Of a DNA stretch of 40,186 nt, positions 1-8,518 are shown in pieces. Every line of letters starts with the position of its first letter. Within the stretch, counting starts at the first letter, position 1. The DNA comes from a virus (taxonomy: Duplodnaviria > Heunggongvirae > Uroviricota > Caudoviricetes). The notes under the pieces were generated by a model that made no database searches, was not told where the DNA came from, and saw only the letters and a list, made by a program, of their open reading frames with translations. The stretch lies in IMG/VR virus record IMGVR_UViG_2728369554_000009, positions 1-40,186 of that record; one strand, given 5' to 3'. Both the position numbers and the translations under genes were made by a program.

Positions 1-1251
1 GTGCTTACCGATACAAAATTAAAAAACCTCAAGCCGCAGGACAAACTGTACAAGGTCTCCGATCGTGACGGGCTGTATGTAGCTGTGCTTACGTCAGGCA
101 CGGTCTCGTTTCGCTATGACTACCGTATCAACGGTCGCCGCGAAACACTGGTAATCGGGCAGTATGGGCGTGACGGTATCAGCCTGGCAGAAGCGCGAGA
201 AGAACTGATTGCTGCAAAGAAGCTGCTTAAAGCAGGCCAGTCACCGGCTGCGGCTAAACGTGACGGTATCAAAAAGATTCGTGGTGCCGAGACGTTTGCG
301 GTACATACCGACAGTTATATGAAACACGTCATCCTGGCTGACAGTACCCGCGCAATGAAGCAGGCGGTGATCGACCGTGACATACTTCCTGTTCTTGGTA
401 ACAAAATGATGGCTGAAATTACCACATCGATGGTTCGTGATTTGTGTGACCGGATTGTCGAACGCGGTGGCCGGGCAACAGCAGTGCAGGCCAGGGAGAT
501 CATCAGTAGCGTATACCGTCACGCCAATGACCGTGGTCATGGTTTGTTTAATCCTGCGGCTGACATTAAACCTTCGTCTATCGCCATATTTAAACCACGA
601 GAGCGAACACTGACACCAGAAGAAATTGGCCTGTTCTTCCGCACGCTGGATGCCATTGGTGCTATGGGCACTATGAAAATGGCTTTAAAACTGGTGCTTA
701 TCACTATGGTTCGTAAGGGCGAATTCACCAATGCAACGTGGGATGAAATAGATTTTAAAAAATGGACATGGACAATTCCTCCAGACCGCATGAAGGGAAG
801 CCGGGCGCACGTTATTTACCTGCCTAAACAGGCACAGGATATATTGGTCGGGTTGCAGATGTGCGCTGGTGGAAGTGAATATCTGGTTCCTGGTCGTTAC
901 AATTTCCGGAAGCCATTATCTAATGCCGCGCTGAACTCTCTGATCGACAGAACGGTGAAAATAATAAATGAAGATGGTGAGCATATTCAGGGCTTCACCG
1001 TACACGATATGCGCCGTACAGCCAGTACGTTGTTGCATGAGGCTGGTTATCCTTCAGACTGGATTGAAAAGGCTCTGGCACATGAGCAGAAAGGTGTGCG
1101 CGCCGTATATAACAAAGCGGAATACGCCAGACAGCGCGCCTACATGTTGCAGCAGTGGGCCGATATGATTGATTCATGGATTGACGGGGAGCATACGGAT
1201 CTGATTCCGTTCTCCCCGTCGAAGTTTGAGAAGTGGATGGCGGGGGAATAA
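1..1251 (+). CDS. int: tyrosine recombinase, P4/CP4-57-type phage integrase
   Basis: 416-aa ORF with GTG start at base 1. N-terminal 'KLKNLKP..KLYKVSDRDGLYV..FRYDYRINGRR' arm-type region. C-terminal 'HDMRRTASTLL..AHEQKGVRAVY' R..HxxR..Y catalytic signature. Confidence 0.9.
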   Translation: MLTDTKLKNLKPQDKLYKVSDRDGLYVAVLTSGTVSFRYDYRINGRRETLVIGQYGRDGISLAEAREELIAAKKLLKAGQSPAAAKRDGIKKIRGAETFAVHTDSYMKHVILADSTRAMKQAVIDRDILPVLGNKMMAEITTSMVRDLCDRIVERGGRATAVQAREIISSVYRHANDRGHGLFNPAADIKPSSIAIFKPRERTLTPEEIGLFFRTLDAIGAMGTMKMALKLVLITMVRKGEFTNATWDEIDFKKWTWTIPPDRMKGSRAHVIYLPKQAQDILVGLQMCAGGSEYLVPGRYNFRKPLSNAALNSLIDRTVKIINEDGEHIQGFTVHDMRRTASTLLHEAGYPSDWIEKALAHEQKGVRAVYNKAEYARQRAYMLQQWADMIDSWIDGEHTDLIPFSPSKFEKWMAGE

Positions 1252-1254
1252 CGT

Positions 1255-1449
1255 TTAATAGTTCTGCTGATTTTCTTCCATCTCTGCTTCTGCTGCCAGT
1301 GATTCAATTTTGTTTTCGAATATTGCTGACAGTGTTGCAAATTCAGCATCAGTGACAGCGGGAATTGGAACAAACCTGATCCCGCTGTGTGCAAGCATGT
1401 TTGCAGTTTCAAGGCATTTTCTTAAATCTGCTGGTGATGCCCTGTTCAT
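1255..1449 (-). CDS. small acidic hypothetical protein (64 aa), translationally coupled to methyltransferase
   Basis: ATG at 1449..1447 overlaps the TGA stop of the upstream methyltransferase (ATGA, + strand 1446..1449 = tcat). The ORF track shows a longer 104-aa frame; the coupled internal start is preferred. Confidence 0.4.
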   Translation of the reverse strand: MNRASPADLRKCLETANMLAHSGIRFVPIPAVTDAEFATLSAIFENKIESLAAEAEMEENQQNY

Positions 1450-2096
1450 GCAGCACGCTCCCGCCCCTGGATGTCTGTTGGTGACAGCGGAGCATTGCTG
1501 AATGCATTTGTTAATCCGCCAATATCCAACGCGTATCCAGGGTGTAGTTGCACTGCCGGGTCTTCGCACTGATTACCCCAAACATCGAAGCCATGAGACG
1601 TCTGGCGGGCGAACAGTTCAATGCGAGAAACATCGCCTAATAATTGCACAAGTTTTTCACGAACGATATCTGGCTTTCTTGAATGCTCAAGCCGCGGTGC
1701 GGTAAATGACTGAACGATCCCTGCATTAATGCGCGTAGGTAGTTTTCCCTTTACCGCAAACAGGCAATCTTCACTATTGGCGCGAGTCATGTGTCCCATA
1801 CCCATAACCAGTTTATCTGGTTGTCGACTACCACATTTTATCCACGTGAAGCCCTTCATCGTCATCAGACGAAATCCCCAGGCTTCAACAACTTTTAGTG
1901 CTTCGAGTGGTTGTGTTGGCACCCACCACATGGCCAACAGACAGTTTTCAGCGGTCAAATCCCACACAGGAAGGCGGCAGATATCCAGCACACTCATAAC
2001 TGGATATTTAAAACCGGCACCGCGATTACCATCTGCGGCTTTGTCCCGGTATACCCAGGGTGGATCTGCATAGATTAGTGTGTATTTCTTAGTCAT
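1446..2096 (-). CDS. MT-A70 family DNA N6-adenine methyltransferase
   Basis: 'LIYADPPW' (DPPW catalytic motif) near the N-terminus and 'FKYPVMS' AdoMet-binding-like region. ATG at 2096 preceded by GGGGTGG; the ORF track's GTG at 2108 is an alternative start. Confidence 0.85.
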   Translation of the reverse strand: MTKKYTLIYADPPWVYRDKAADGNRGAGFKYPVMSVLDICRLPVWDLTAENCLLAMWWVPTQPLEALKVVEAWGFRLMTMKGFTWIKCGSRQPDKLVMGMGHMTRANSEDCLFAVKGKLPTRINAGIVQSFTAPRLEHSRKPDIVREKLVQLLGDVSRIELFARQTSHGFDVWGNQCEDPAVQLHPGYALDIGGLTNAFSNAPLSPTDIQGRERAA

Positions 2097-2388
2097 AAAC
2101 CACCCCACAACATCCTATGCCGCTATAGTCGCCACGGCGAAGGCCGTTACCTTTTGTGATACATTGGTCCCTGCGAACCGCGATCCTTGCACGTTCAACA
2201 TCACCAGAAGCAACATCCATACACTGAAGCCAAAGGTGAGCGGCAATGCGGAACTGCCCTTTTTTCTCTCTTTCAATCGCGCGTTTTTCGATCTCTATCG
2301 CCGCAGGAGTAACGGCGACAATCTTTGACGGACTGCGCATTGAAACCTTATTCATGTGGTATTTTTCAAGTCGGCTTAACTTTCTCAC
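2089..2388 (-). CDS. hypothetical protein (start uncertain: GTG 2388, ATG 2355 or ATG 2340)
   Basis: 99-aa ORF. Only the ATG at 2340 has a reasonable SD (AAGGT). The stop overlaps the methyltransferase start by 8 nt. Confidence 0.35.
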   Translation of the reverse strand: MRKLSRLEKYHMNKVSMRSPSKIVAVTPAAIEIEKRAIEREKKGQFRIAAHLWLQCMDVASGDVERARIAVRRDQCITKGNGLRRGDYSGIGCCGVVYD

Positions 2389-2497
2389 TTAATCCAACCC
2401 TCTCTGAAAATTAATGCCAGCAGATAAAGCCATGCTGAAACAGAGGCCAGGAATAAGTACCATCCTGACCATTTGATCCAGTGCCTTAGCAGCGCAC

Positions 2498-2746
2498 TCA
2501 TGCAGCGTTGCTCACGGGACGATATACACGTTGCTGAACAGGAGGTTTTTTACCCTGGAACTCTGCCGGGCTTGCTGCCTGACGTTCATCAAGCCAACGC
2601 TCAACTTCGTCACGGTTCCATGCGCAGCGTTTATCGGTGATATACCAGCGTTTAGGAAATTCCCCTGCGCGCTCCATACGGTCGATAGTGCTCCATGACA
2701 GTGGCACCACCGCCAGGAGTTCCTTCTTACCTAATGCACCTTTCAT
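2498..2746 (-). CDS. AlpA-family phage transcriptional regulator / excisionase-like HTH protein
   Basis: 82 aa, 'LLAVVPLSWSTIDRMERAGEFPKRWYI..RCAWNRDEVERWLDER' matches the AlpA/Vis prophage regulatory family. SD AAGAGAGGTA 4 nt before the ATG. Confidence 0.8.
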   Translation of the reverse strand: MKGALGKKELLAVVPLSWSTIDRMERAGEFPKRWYITDKRCAWNRDEVERWLDERQAASPAEFQGKKPPVQQRVYRPVSNAA

Positions 2747-2795
2747 AAATACCTCTCTTGGTTGCAGTGCGGCGCGCGTGGCGCCGCGGTGGTGG

Positions 2796-3677
2796 TTACA
2801 TAGATGTTTCGTTTAATTCTTCCCGACGAACGCTGTAAACGTCGGTGGCTTTTGCCAGCAGTTCGTCATCATCTGAAAGTTTTTGTGCAATGTATTTGTA
2901 AGCCTTATCCAGTTCGGAGACAGTGCTGTAATTCATCGCTGCGCTGGTAAAGGCCATCAGCATTTCTTCTGGATCACGGCTATCCGCTTTACGAGTTTGC
3001 TCATCAGGCTTTTTCACTGGTTTAGCGTTGATCAGACTGTTCATTCCCGCAGCAGTAGTTGTTTGCGGAGTAATGTCTCGCTCAACGCGCGGTGCCGTTT
3101 CCTGTAATTCGTCAGGGGTGTAAACACCGAGAAGCACATCAGGAGCGTGCAGGCGAGCCCATCGTTTCGTGCAAAGATAGGCAAGCTGCTGGCGCGGATC
3201 CTGTTCCCACAATGGAGAGTTACGCACTCCGGCTTGCGCCATACTGATGGTAAGCTCACGGGGTTCTGTTTCACCTTTAAGAACTGCTGACACAGTTACC
3301 GTCAGATTCGGTGATTTATCTGTTTTGCCGTTAACATTCGACCAGTCACCGCTCCAGCGATAATTCAGGCGTGTCGCCAGCAGGCTGGAAGAGGATACGA
3401 CCGCGTTTACCAACTGTGCTTCGTAGCCTAACGTTCCGTTTACCACATGCGTTTTCTGCGCCACGGCGAAAGGGTTCATTCCCCACTGTGCCGCCTGCAT
3501 AGTCACCGCCAGGCAATCGGCAGGTTTGCCTTCAAGATGTTTCGGTACAGTCGCTTTGCTTTGTGACATCAACTCCGCGAAACGCACCAGTTGATTCATG
3601 CCCTCGGGGCTGAAGATTGCCGCAGCAGTGCCTACAGTTGCGCCTGGTTGTGATGTGATTGCGATATCATTGCTCAT
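2796..3677 (-). CDS. bet: Bet (Red-beta)-like single-strand annealing protein
   Basis: 293 aa. 'GMNPFAV', 'LGYEAQL' and especially 'ERDITP' recall lambda Bet (GLNPW.., ..PERDITP). ATG 3677..3675 overlaps the TGA of the upstream exonuclease (ATGA). Confidence 0.7.
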   Translation of the reverse strand: MSNDIAITSQPGATVGTAAAIFSPEGMNQLVRFAELMSQSKATVPKHLEGKPADCLAVTMQAAQWGMNPFAVAQKTHVVNGTLGYEAQLVNAVVSSSSLLATRLNYRWSGDWSNVNGKTDKSPNLTVTVSAVLKGETEPRELTISMAQAGVRNSPLWEQDPRQQLAYLCTKRWARLHAPDVLLGVYTPDELQETAPRVERDITPQTTTAAGMNSLINAKPVKKPDEQTRKADSRDPEEMLMAFTSAAMNYSTVSELDKAYKYIAQKLSDDDELLAKATDVYSVRREELNETSM

Positions 3678-4495
3678 ACATACATATCCTGTTTACGTGC
3701 CCAGTCAGGGCGTTTAATAATTTCCACGCCGCCCCATTCATCATTTATGCGGCATTCGTGATAGGTATTCAGATCCCGGCGGAACAGAGCGTGCCCGGCA
3801 TCGACATCCGGCGCATCCAACTCGAACACGCGTACCGGATACCGACCACAATCAATGCTTTCGCTCACGGCAAGAAAGAAAAAACCATGCGGTTGACCAG
3901 TAACCCTCGTTGCGCCTTCGCGGTACATTGCGTCCTGCACGTGGTAGCGGAATTCCTCGATGTGGCGTGCAAAACGGTCCATATCTGCAACCTTTTTCAC
4001 GTCGACGATCACGTTGTGCTCGTTCAGCCATTTGTCTGGACGAATTCGGCACAACTCACCCGTCTCTTCATCGTTCCAGTACATTGATGCTTCGCAGTAA
4101 CCAGGTGCTTCCAACATCCAGCGTGCCGCCGGATGAGCCATTGCGCTATCACGCATGAGCTCAAGTTTTCGCCACTGCTCGACATCAAGTACCGTAATAC
4201 CCATATCCGCCACATCACGAAGAAATGCTTCTTCGTCAGCTTTACCTTGTTTTGTCCGACGATCGAATTTCGGTGACACGATGAAGCGTTTGTCGAATTC
4301 TCCAGGTTCCAGAAGCAGGCAGTGCAATGCGGTTCCCATATCCAATGCAGACTTTTTCTCTTCGTCTTCTGGTGCTGCCTGAACCCATTTAAGAAGCGCC
4401 GGATTCTTGGCAACCATGTCCAGTTGCGACTTACTCACGCCGTCACCTGCGTGGTAGTCTTCGTTGCTGATGCCGAAATAAATTCCCGGTTTCAT
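3674..4495 (-). CDS. PD-(D/E)XK (YqaJ/RecE-C-like) recombination exonuclease, partner of Bet
   Basis: 273 aa. 'DGVSKSQLD', 'EASMYW..D..GELCRIRPD' and 'IVDVKK' (D..E.K nuclease core). Coupled on both sides by 4-nt overlaps. Confidence 0.7.
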   Translation of the reverse strand: MKPGIYFGISNEDYHAGDGVSKSQLDMVAKNPALLKWVQAAPEDEEKKSALDMGTALHCLLLEPGEFDKRFIVSPKFDRRTKQGKADEEAFLRDVADMGITVLDVEQWRKLELMRDSAMAHPAARWMLEAPGYCEASMYWNDEETGELCRIRPDKWLNEHNVIVDVKKVADMDRFARHIEEFRYHVQDAMYREGATRVTGQPHGFFFLAVSESIDCGRYPVRVFELDAPDVDAGHALFRRDLNTYHECRINDEWGGVEIIKRPDWARKQDMYV

Positions 4496-4791
4496 GCCGC
4501 GTCCTTCTGTCCATCAAGCTGATCCGCCAGATCCCAGCGGGCGATAATTGCCATTGCCTCTCGCCGATAGGCATCCATCAGTTCTTCGAACTCAGGGCTG
4601 TCTTTAGCAGCCTCCAGTACTTCCTGACGAACGCCTTTGCCTGTTACAACGTCGAAAGTTGATGACAGTTGATGAAGTCGGATGCTCTCAATCAGTTCAA
4701 CTTGTCGGTCATATAGCTGTTCTGACAGGTGGTAGTCCTTGTCGAATGCCTGCATGATTTTTTGAAGATTTTTCTGCTGATTAACGTTCAT
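4492..4791 (-). CDS. hypothetical early protein (99 aa from MNVNQQ)
   Basis: Preferred ATG at 4791 is preceded by GGGAGGG (7-nt spacing); the ORF track's ATG at 4806 lies inside that SD. Stop overlaps the exonuclease start. Confidence 0.5.
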   Translation of the reverse strand: MNVNQQKNLQKIMQAFDKDYHLSEQLYDRQVELIESIRLHQLSSTFDVVTGKGVRQEVLEAAKDSPEFEELMDAYRREAMAIIARWDLADQLDGQKDAA

Positions 4792-4793
4792 TA

Positions 4794-4946
4794 TCAGCCC
4801 TCCCATATCTCGTTATCGTTGGCCACATCGCGAGCTTCTTTGCTGACGAAAGCCCACTTAATGCCTTCCTGTAAGGTGCGGAACTTCCAGCTCATGAATC
4901 CGCATGCAGTAACGCAGTACCAACCGTTGATGATTTTCCACTGCAT
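4794..4946 (-). CDS. 50-aa hypothetical protein, first gene of leftward early operon (Kil-like position)
   Basis: MQWKIINGWYCVTACGFMSWKFRTLQEGIKWAFVSKEARDVANDNEIWEG. SD GAGG about 9 nt upstream. Not in the >=60-aa ORF track; found by reading the strand. Confidence 0.4.
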   Translation of the reverse strand: MQWKIINGWYCVTACGFMSWKFRTLQEGIKWAFVSKEARDVANDNEIWEG

Positions 4947-4965
4947 AATTTGTTACCTCGGTCTG

Positions 4966-4980
4966 TTACCGTTGAGGTAA
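4966..4980. promoter_or_regulatory. operator copy TTACCGTTGAGGTAA, overlapping the start of the leftward early promoter (pL-like); extra half-site TTACC at 4953
   Basis: Perfect TTACC-N5-GGTAA palindrome. On the minus strand it sits just downstream of TTGACA(5006..5001)-CATAAT. Confidence 0.7.
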
Positions 4981-5027
4981 TGATTATGCGTATCTGGTTT
5001 GATGTCAATAGATATGAGTTAAAAAAA

Positions 5028-5042
5028 TTACCCATAAGGTAA
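5028..5042. promoter_or_regulatory. operator copy TTACCCATAAGGTAA upstream of the leftward early promoter (pL-like) -35
   Basis: Perfect palindrome between the repressor terminator and the minus-strand TTGACA. Confidence 0.7.
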
Positions 5043-5054
5043 TCTTGCTGGCAA

Positions 5055-5078
5055 TAAAAAAGCCGCCATGAGGCGGCT
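5055..5078 (-). terminator. rho-independent terminator of repressor transcript
   Basis: Minus strand: AGCCGCC-ucau-GGCGGCU followed by UUUUUU (the + strand A-run is 5055..5060). Confidence 0.7.
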
Positions 5079-5099
5079 TACTTACTGAAAAATATGATT

Positions 5100-5684
5100 T
5101 TATTGTTTGTTTTTTTCGTTCTGGCTGATGACAAATTCAATGTAACTTTCGATCTTTGCCTTCTCTGTTTCGGGTAACAATGCGTAGCGCGAGCGGTCAT
5201 AGTTGATAGTCGCAGGGTCGTGCGGGTGAATCAGTAATTCATAGCCGTGACGCCCGAATGCGGATGCAACATTCTCCAGGGTGGAAATGGAAACGCTGAC
5301 CTCATTGTTTAACAGGCGGCTGATTGTCACCTGGGCGACGCCGGATGCGCGGTGAAGTTTTCCCTGTGTTGAAAGGTAGCGGCTTTCGCTCATCCAGCGT
5401 TCCAGGTTGTGAGCCGCCAGCTGACCAATGTCGCTTGGGCCGACAGGCTGAAAACCTTCCTGAGAAAGCGAGCGATCGATATCAAGCCAGTTACGGGGTT
5501 TATTGGCGGCAGCTTCAATTTTTCGCGCAACCTGGTCGCCGATAACCTTCTTGCCAAGAGCCCAGCGGTTTACCAGATTTGCCTGAGTTCCAAGTTTTTC
5601 TGCCATCCGCGTCTGAACACCATTGAATTCACGGTCGATCAAGTCGTTGAGATTTTGCCTGCGGACGTCCTGGATACTTTTCAT
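5100..5684 (-). CDS. phage repressor, HTH protein without LexA/S24 peptidase domain
   Basis: 194 aa. 'GVQTRMAEKLGTQANLVNRWALGKK' HTH and a second HTH-like 'GVAQVTISRLL'. No Ala-Gly / Ser..Lys autocleavage motifs. Divergent from the cro-like gene, with three operators in between. Confidence 0.65.
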   Translation of the reverse strand: MKSIQDVRRQNLNDLIDREFNGVQTRMAEKLGTQANLVNRWALGKKVIGDQVARKIEAAANKPRNWLDIDRSLSQEGFQPVGPSDIGQLAAHNLERWMSESRYLSTQGKLHRASGVAQVTISRLLNNEVSVSISTLENVASAFGRHGYELLIHPHDPATINYDRSRYALLPETEKAKIESYIEFVISQNEKNKQ

Positions 5685-5739
5685 TTTCTGGAAAATCGCC
5701 TCATATATGAATCAGTAGATGATTCAATTTAAAGCAATA

Positions 5740-5754
5740 TTACCCAACAGGTAA
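5740..5754. promoter_or_regulatory. operator TTACCCAACAGGTAA (OR-like site 1)
   Basis: Perfect palindrome in the repressor/cro intergenic region. Confidence 0.7.
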
Positions 5755-5756
5755 AT

Positions 5757-5771
5757 GCACCTCATAGGTAA
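5757..5771. promoter_or_regulatory. operator GCACCTCATAGGTAA (degenerate left half)
   Basis: Right half-site perfect, left half 3/5. Two bp from the previous site (17-bp centre spacing). Confidence 0.5.
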
Positions 5772-5787
5772 CTATCCTTGATTTTTG

Positions 5788-5802
5788 TTACCTTATGGGT
5801 GA
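5788..5802. promoter_or_regulatory. operator TTACCTTATGGGTGA (degenerate right half) inside spacer of rightward promoter
   Basis: Lies between TTGATT (5779..5784) and a TATTTA/GAATAT -10 upstream of cro-like ATG 5839. Confidence 0.5.
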
Positions 5803-5838
5803 ATATTTATTATCTGAAATAAATATCAGGCAATAGCT

Positions 5839-6069
5839 ATGAGCGATAACGGACATTTCGATTTCAAAAAGCACTGGCTTGCACTTACTCCGGATGAGCG
5901 TGAAGCCTTCGCACAGGAAGCCGGAACGACGAGTCACTATATCCAGACTCACTTAACAGGTAAGCGAAAAATGCCAGGTAAAGTATTGATGAATGGGCTT
6001 TTTAAAGCCTGTAAAACAAGACAATGGCTGCGCTCAAAAGCAGAACTGGCATACTTCTTCTACTCATGA
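5839..6069 (+). CDS. Cro-like small HTH regulator
   Basis: 76 aa. 'AFAQEAGTTSHYIQTHLTGKRKMP' is an HTH of the YdaS/Cro-like type. First gene downstream of the operator cluster. Confidence 0.6.
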   Translation: MSDNGHFDFKKHWLALTPDEREAFAQEAGTTSHYIQTHLTGKRKMPGKVLMNGLFKACKTRQWLRSKAELAYFFYS

Positions 6070-6090
6070 TATCCAGCTACAACCCTCTGT

Positions 6091-6114
6091 AGACCGCCAC
6101 CCGGCGGTCTTTTC
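6091..6114 (+). terminator. intrinsic terminator after cro-like gene
   Basis: AGACCGCC-accc-GGCGGTCT followed by TTTTCAT. Confidence 0.55.
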
Positions 6115-6124
6115 ATATCTATTC

Positions 6125-6139
6125 GTACCTCAAAGGTAA
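6125..6139. promoter_or_regulatory. operator-like GTACCTCAAAGGTAA (1 mismatch)
   Basis: Immediately after the terminator and upstream of the replication genes. Confidence 0.45.
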
Positions 6140-6218
6140 TAAAAAACCAAATCTGGTTGATCTTTTTTTGTGTCAGCACAAAATAACCGTAATCCCAATA
6201 CTAATAACAGGGCTTACC

Positions 6219-6419
6219 ATGGAAATCATTACACGTATTGATGCCGCAAAGCGCGGACTTAAACGCTACTACACCGGAAAACCATGTAAGCACGGACATG
6301 ACAGTGAACGCTGGGTTTACAACGGACACTGTGTTGAGTGCACCATGGAATCAAACCGTCGCATCAGGGCAGAGATTAAGCAGATCATGATTAATTCCAC
6401 CCCACAACATTCAAGCTGA
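6219..6419 (+). CDS. small Cys/His-rich (zinc-binding-like) protein
   Basis: 66 aa from MEIITR. Ligand pattern 'PCKHGHD..HCVEC'. The ORF track's upstream start at 6168 lacks an SD. Confidence 0.45.
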   Translation: MEIITRIDAAKRGLKRYYTGKPCKHGHDSERWVYNGHCVECTMESNRRIRAEIKQIMINSTPQHSS

Positions 6420-6434
6420 TAGCGGAGATTAATC

Positions 6435-7274
6435 ATGAGCAGACATGCAACAGATTGGGCCTGGGAGACAGATCCAGGTAGCTCGTCATTAAAGCTCATA
6501 CTGCTCTCGATGGCTGACAGAGCCGATGAATATAACCTCTGCTACCCCAGCATAGAACGCCTCGTTAAAGACACTTGCCTGAATAAAAAAACCGTGCAGG
6601 CCGGGCTTATATCACTCATGAAAATGGGGCTTATTTCAGATACCGGAGAGAGAAAGGGAGCGACGAAAAGAGTGCGGGTTTTCTCTCTTAATATAACCAA
6701 AAACGGGAACATTAAAGGCAACCGGGAAGGGGGTAATGAACCCGAAAACGGTAATGTTACCGAAAACGGGAATATACCCAAAAACGGGATGTTGAATGAT
6801 CCCAAAAACGGGATGTTGAATGATCCCAAAAACGGGATGTTGAATGATCCCAAAAACGGGATCCAGAACCAGTCATATAACCAGTCATTTAACCAAGAGA
6901 GGGAGAGCAGGACAAAAAGCGGGGATTCTGTGCCTAATGACCCCGGCGCAAACAACGCCGTGATGAATAACTTTGTTCCTCCTGGTGGGCCAGGGCAATT
7001 AGGCAAATTTGTCATGCATGAACAATGGCAACCATCAGATGACTTTCTTCGGAAAAGCTCATTGCAGGGGATCTACCTGGACAGTCTGCCAACGGCACAG
7101 GAACTTGCAGAGTTCAGAATTTACTGGATGGCTGAGGGTAAGGCATACCATCAGGCACAGTGGGAGCAGAAGCTGGCAAGGCGGCTGCAGATTAGCAGAC
7201 AGAAGCAATCAACATTACCTGATAACAACGTTCCGCACTGGAACAGCCCTGAAGCATGGGAGGATTTCTTGTGA
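6435..7274 (+). CDS. replication initiator, O-like (N-terminal HTH, C-terminal DnaT-like) with internal iterons
   Basis: 279 aa. N-terminal 'DWAWETDPGSSSLKLILLSMADRADEYNLCYPSIERL' is a replication HTH. C-terminal '..FRIYWMAEGKAYHQAQWEQKLARRLQ' resembles the DnaT C-domain. SD GGAG 7 nt upstream. Confidence 0.7.
   Translation: MSRHATDWAWETDPGSSSLKLILLSMADRADEYNLCYPSIERLVKDTCLNKKTVQAGLISLMKMGLISDTGERKGATKRVRVFSLNITKNGNIKGNREGGNEPENGNVTENGNIPKNGMLNDPKNGMLNDPKNGMLNDPKNGIQNQSYNQSFNQERESRTKSGDSVPNDPGANNAVMNNFVPPGGPGQLGKFVMHEQWQPSDDFLRKSSLQGIYLDSLPTAQELAEFRIYWMAEGKAYHQAQWEQKLARRLQISRQKQSTLPDNNVPHWNSPEAWEDFL
6695..6866. repeat. iteron array (about 8 copies of core AAAACGGGA, including 3.7 perfect 24-bp tandem units CCCAAAAACGGGATGTTGAATGAT); probable ori
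   Basis: Direct repeats read directly in the sequence, encoding the PKNGMLND x3 repeat of the O-like protein. Followed by AT-rich AACCAGTCAT x2. Confidence 0.7.
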
Positions 7275-8056
7275 ACAACGTTTTTACCGCGATACAAAAC
7301 CGTGACGGAGAAGCCCTTTCTCGCATGTCAGGTTATGAGCATCAGTACGTCAACAATGACAATGTGGTGAACATGTCAGCAGAGAGGCTTGTTGATGCCC
7401 TTTTCAAACAGCTGAAACAACTGTTTCCGGCGGCAGTGGTAACCAACCTGAAGACGCCAGAGCAGGAAGTTGCTGCAAAACAGCAGTGGATTGCTGCGTT
7501 TGCCGAAGGTGGGATCCGAACCCGTGAACAGGTTTCTGCTGGTATGCGCCACGCTCGCGCCAGTGAGTCTCCGTTCTGGCCGTCGCCAGGGCAATTCATC
7601 AAGTGGTGTAAAGACAGCAAGATGGTTCTTGGCGTCACCATTGACGATGTGATGGCGGAGTTTCACCGGTACAGCAAGGAAAAAAGTTTATATCCTGGTG
7701 GTCCCGAAAGATTCCCGTGGCGGCATCCGGTTATGTACTGGGTCGTATGTGATACCCGCCGTGCAATGTATCAGCGCCAGCTTAGCGAGATTGAGGTTGA
7801 GAAACACGCGCGCAGGTTGCTCGATGATTGGGCGAAAAAGGTGGCTTCCGGACAGCAGATACCCGATCCGGTGATCAGCATACAGGCAAAGCCAGAACCC
7901 ATGAGTACACCTCCGGACACAGGGAGAGACGTTTACCATCCACCAGGGCGAAGTTTCGGGTGCATGCCTAACGCCGCCACCCTGGGGGGAATAACACCGG
8001 CGCAGTGGCTGATGGAGGAATACAGGCGAGGAAAGGCAGCAGGATTTATCAAGTAA
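7271..8056 (+). CDS. lambda P-like replication protein (helicase loader)
   Basis: 'WIAAFAEGGIRTREQVSAGMRHARASESPFWPSPGQFIKWCKD' aligns to lambda P 'WVLAFRENGITTMEQVNAGMRVARRQNRPFLPSPGQFVAWCRE'. GTG start with GGGAGGA SD, overlapping the O-like TGA. Confidence 0.8.
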   Translation: MNNVFTAIQNRDGEALSRMSGYEHQYVNNDNVVNMSAERLVDALFKQLKQLFPAAVVTNLKTPEQEVAAKQQWIAAFAEGGIRTREQVSAGMRHARASESPFWPSPGQFIKWCKDSKMVLGVTIDDVMAEFHRYSKEKSLYPGGPERFPWRHPVMYWVVCDTRRAMYQRQLSEIEVEKHARRLLDDWAKKVASGQQIPDPVISIQAKPEPMSTPPDTGRDVYHPPGRSFGCMPNAATLGGITPAQWLMEEYRRGKAAGFIK

Positions 8057-8093
8057 TACCAGCGCGATAGCGCATTTTTTTACGCCTCAATAG

Positions 8094-8108
8094 TTACCCA
8101 ATGGGTAA
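8094..8108. promoter_or_regulatory. operator TTACCCAATGGGTAA
   Basis: Perfect palindrome. Confidence 0.65.
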
Positions 8109-8155
8109 CAAAATGTTCTTAGATCTATTGATTTCGTGTCTTATGTGGTTTTTAA

Positions 8156-8170
8156 TTACCTTAGAGGTAA
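8156..8170. promoter_or_regulatory. operator TTACCTTAGAGGTAA fused to -10 (TTTAAT|TACC) and overlapping the RBS of the next gene
   Basis: TTGATT-N17-TTTAAT promoter. The right half-site GAGGTAA doubles as the SD 4 nt before ATG 8174. Confidence 0.65.
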
Positions 8171-8173
8171 ATC

Positions 8174-8518
8174 ATGAGAAAACAGATACAGGCTCTTGGT
8201 CGACTCAAAACAGGCCAGATGAACAAAACAGAATCTGCGTATTGCCAGCACCTTGAGCTGCGTAAACGTGCAGGGGAAATCGCCTGGTATCGATTCGAGG
8301 GTATCAAGCTGCGGTTAGCTGACAACACGTTCTATACGCCAGATTTCGCTGTGATGCTCGCCACCGGAGAGATGGAACTGCACGAAGTGAAAGGTTTCTG
8401 GACCGACGACGCCAGGGTGAAAACCAAAGTCGCCGCAGATCAGTATCCGTTCCGAATCATCGGGGTAACGGTTAAACCAAAGAAAGCAGGTGGCGGCTGG
8501 AACATCGAAGAGTTCTGA
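8174..8518 (+). CDS. DUF1064-like PD-(D/E)XK nuclease-fold protein
   Basis: 114 aa. 'YTPDFAV..GEMELHEVKG' is a D..E.K motif. Confidence 0.5.
   Translation: MRKQIQALGRLKTGQMNKTESAYCQHLELRKRAGEIAWYRFEGIKLRLADNTFYTPDFAVMLATGEMELHEVKGFWTDDARVKTKVAADQYPFRIIGVTVKPKKAGGGWNIEEF

Noticed and set aside
6777-6866. 24-bp tandem repeats as a possible CRISPR array
   Set aside because: The units are directly adjacent with no spacers, and they are in-frame coding repeats of the replication initiator.
6542-7015. 157-aa minus-strand ORF antisense to the O-like gene
   Set aside because: Artefact of the tandem iterons (repeated FLGSFNIP units), and entirely inside a well-supported plus-strand gene.
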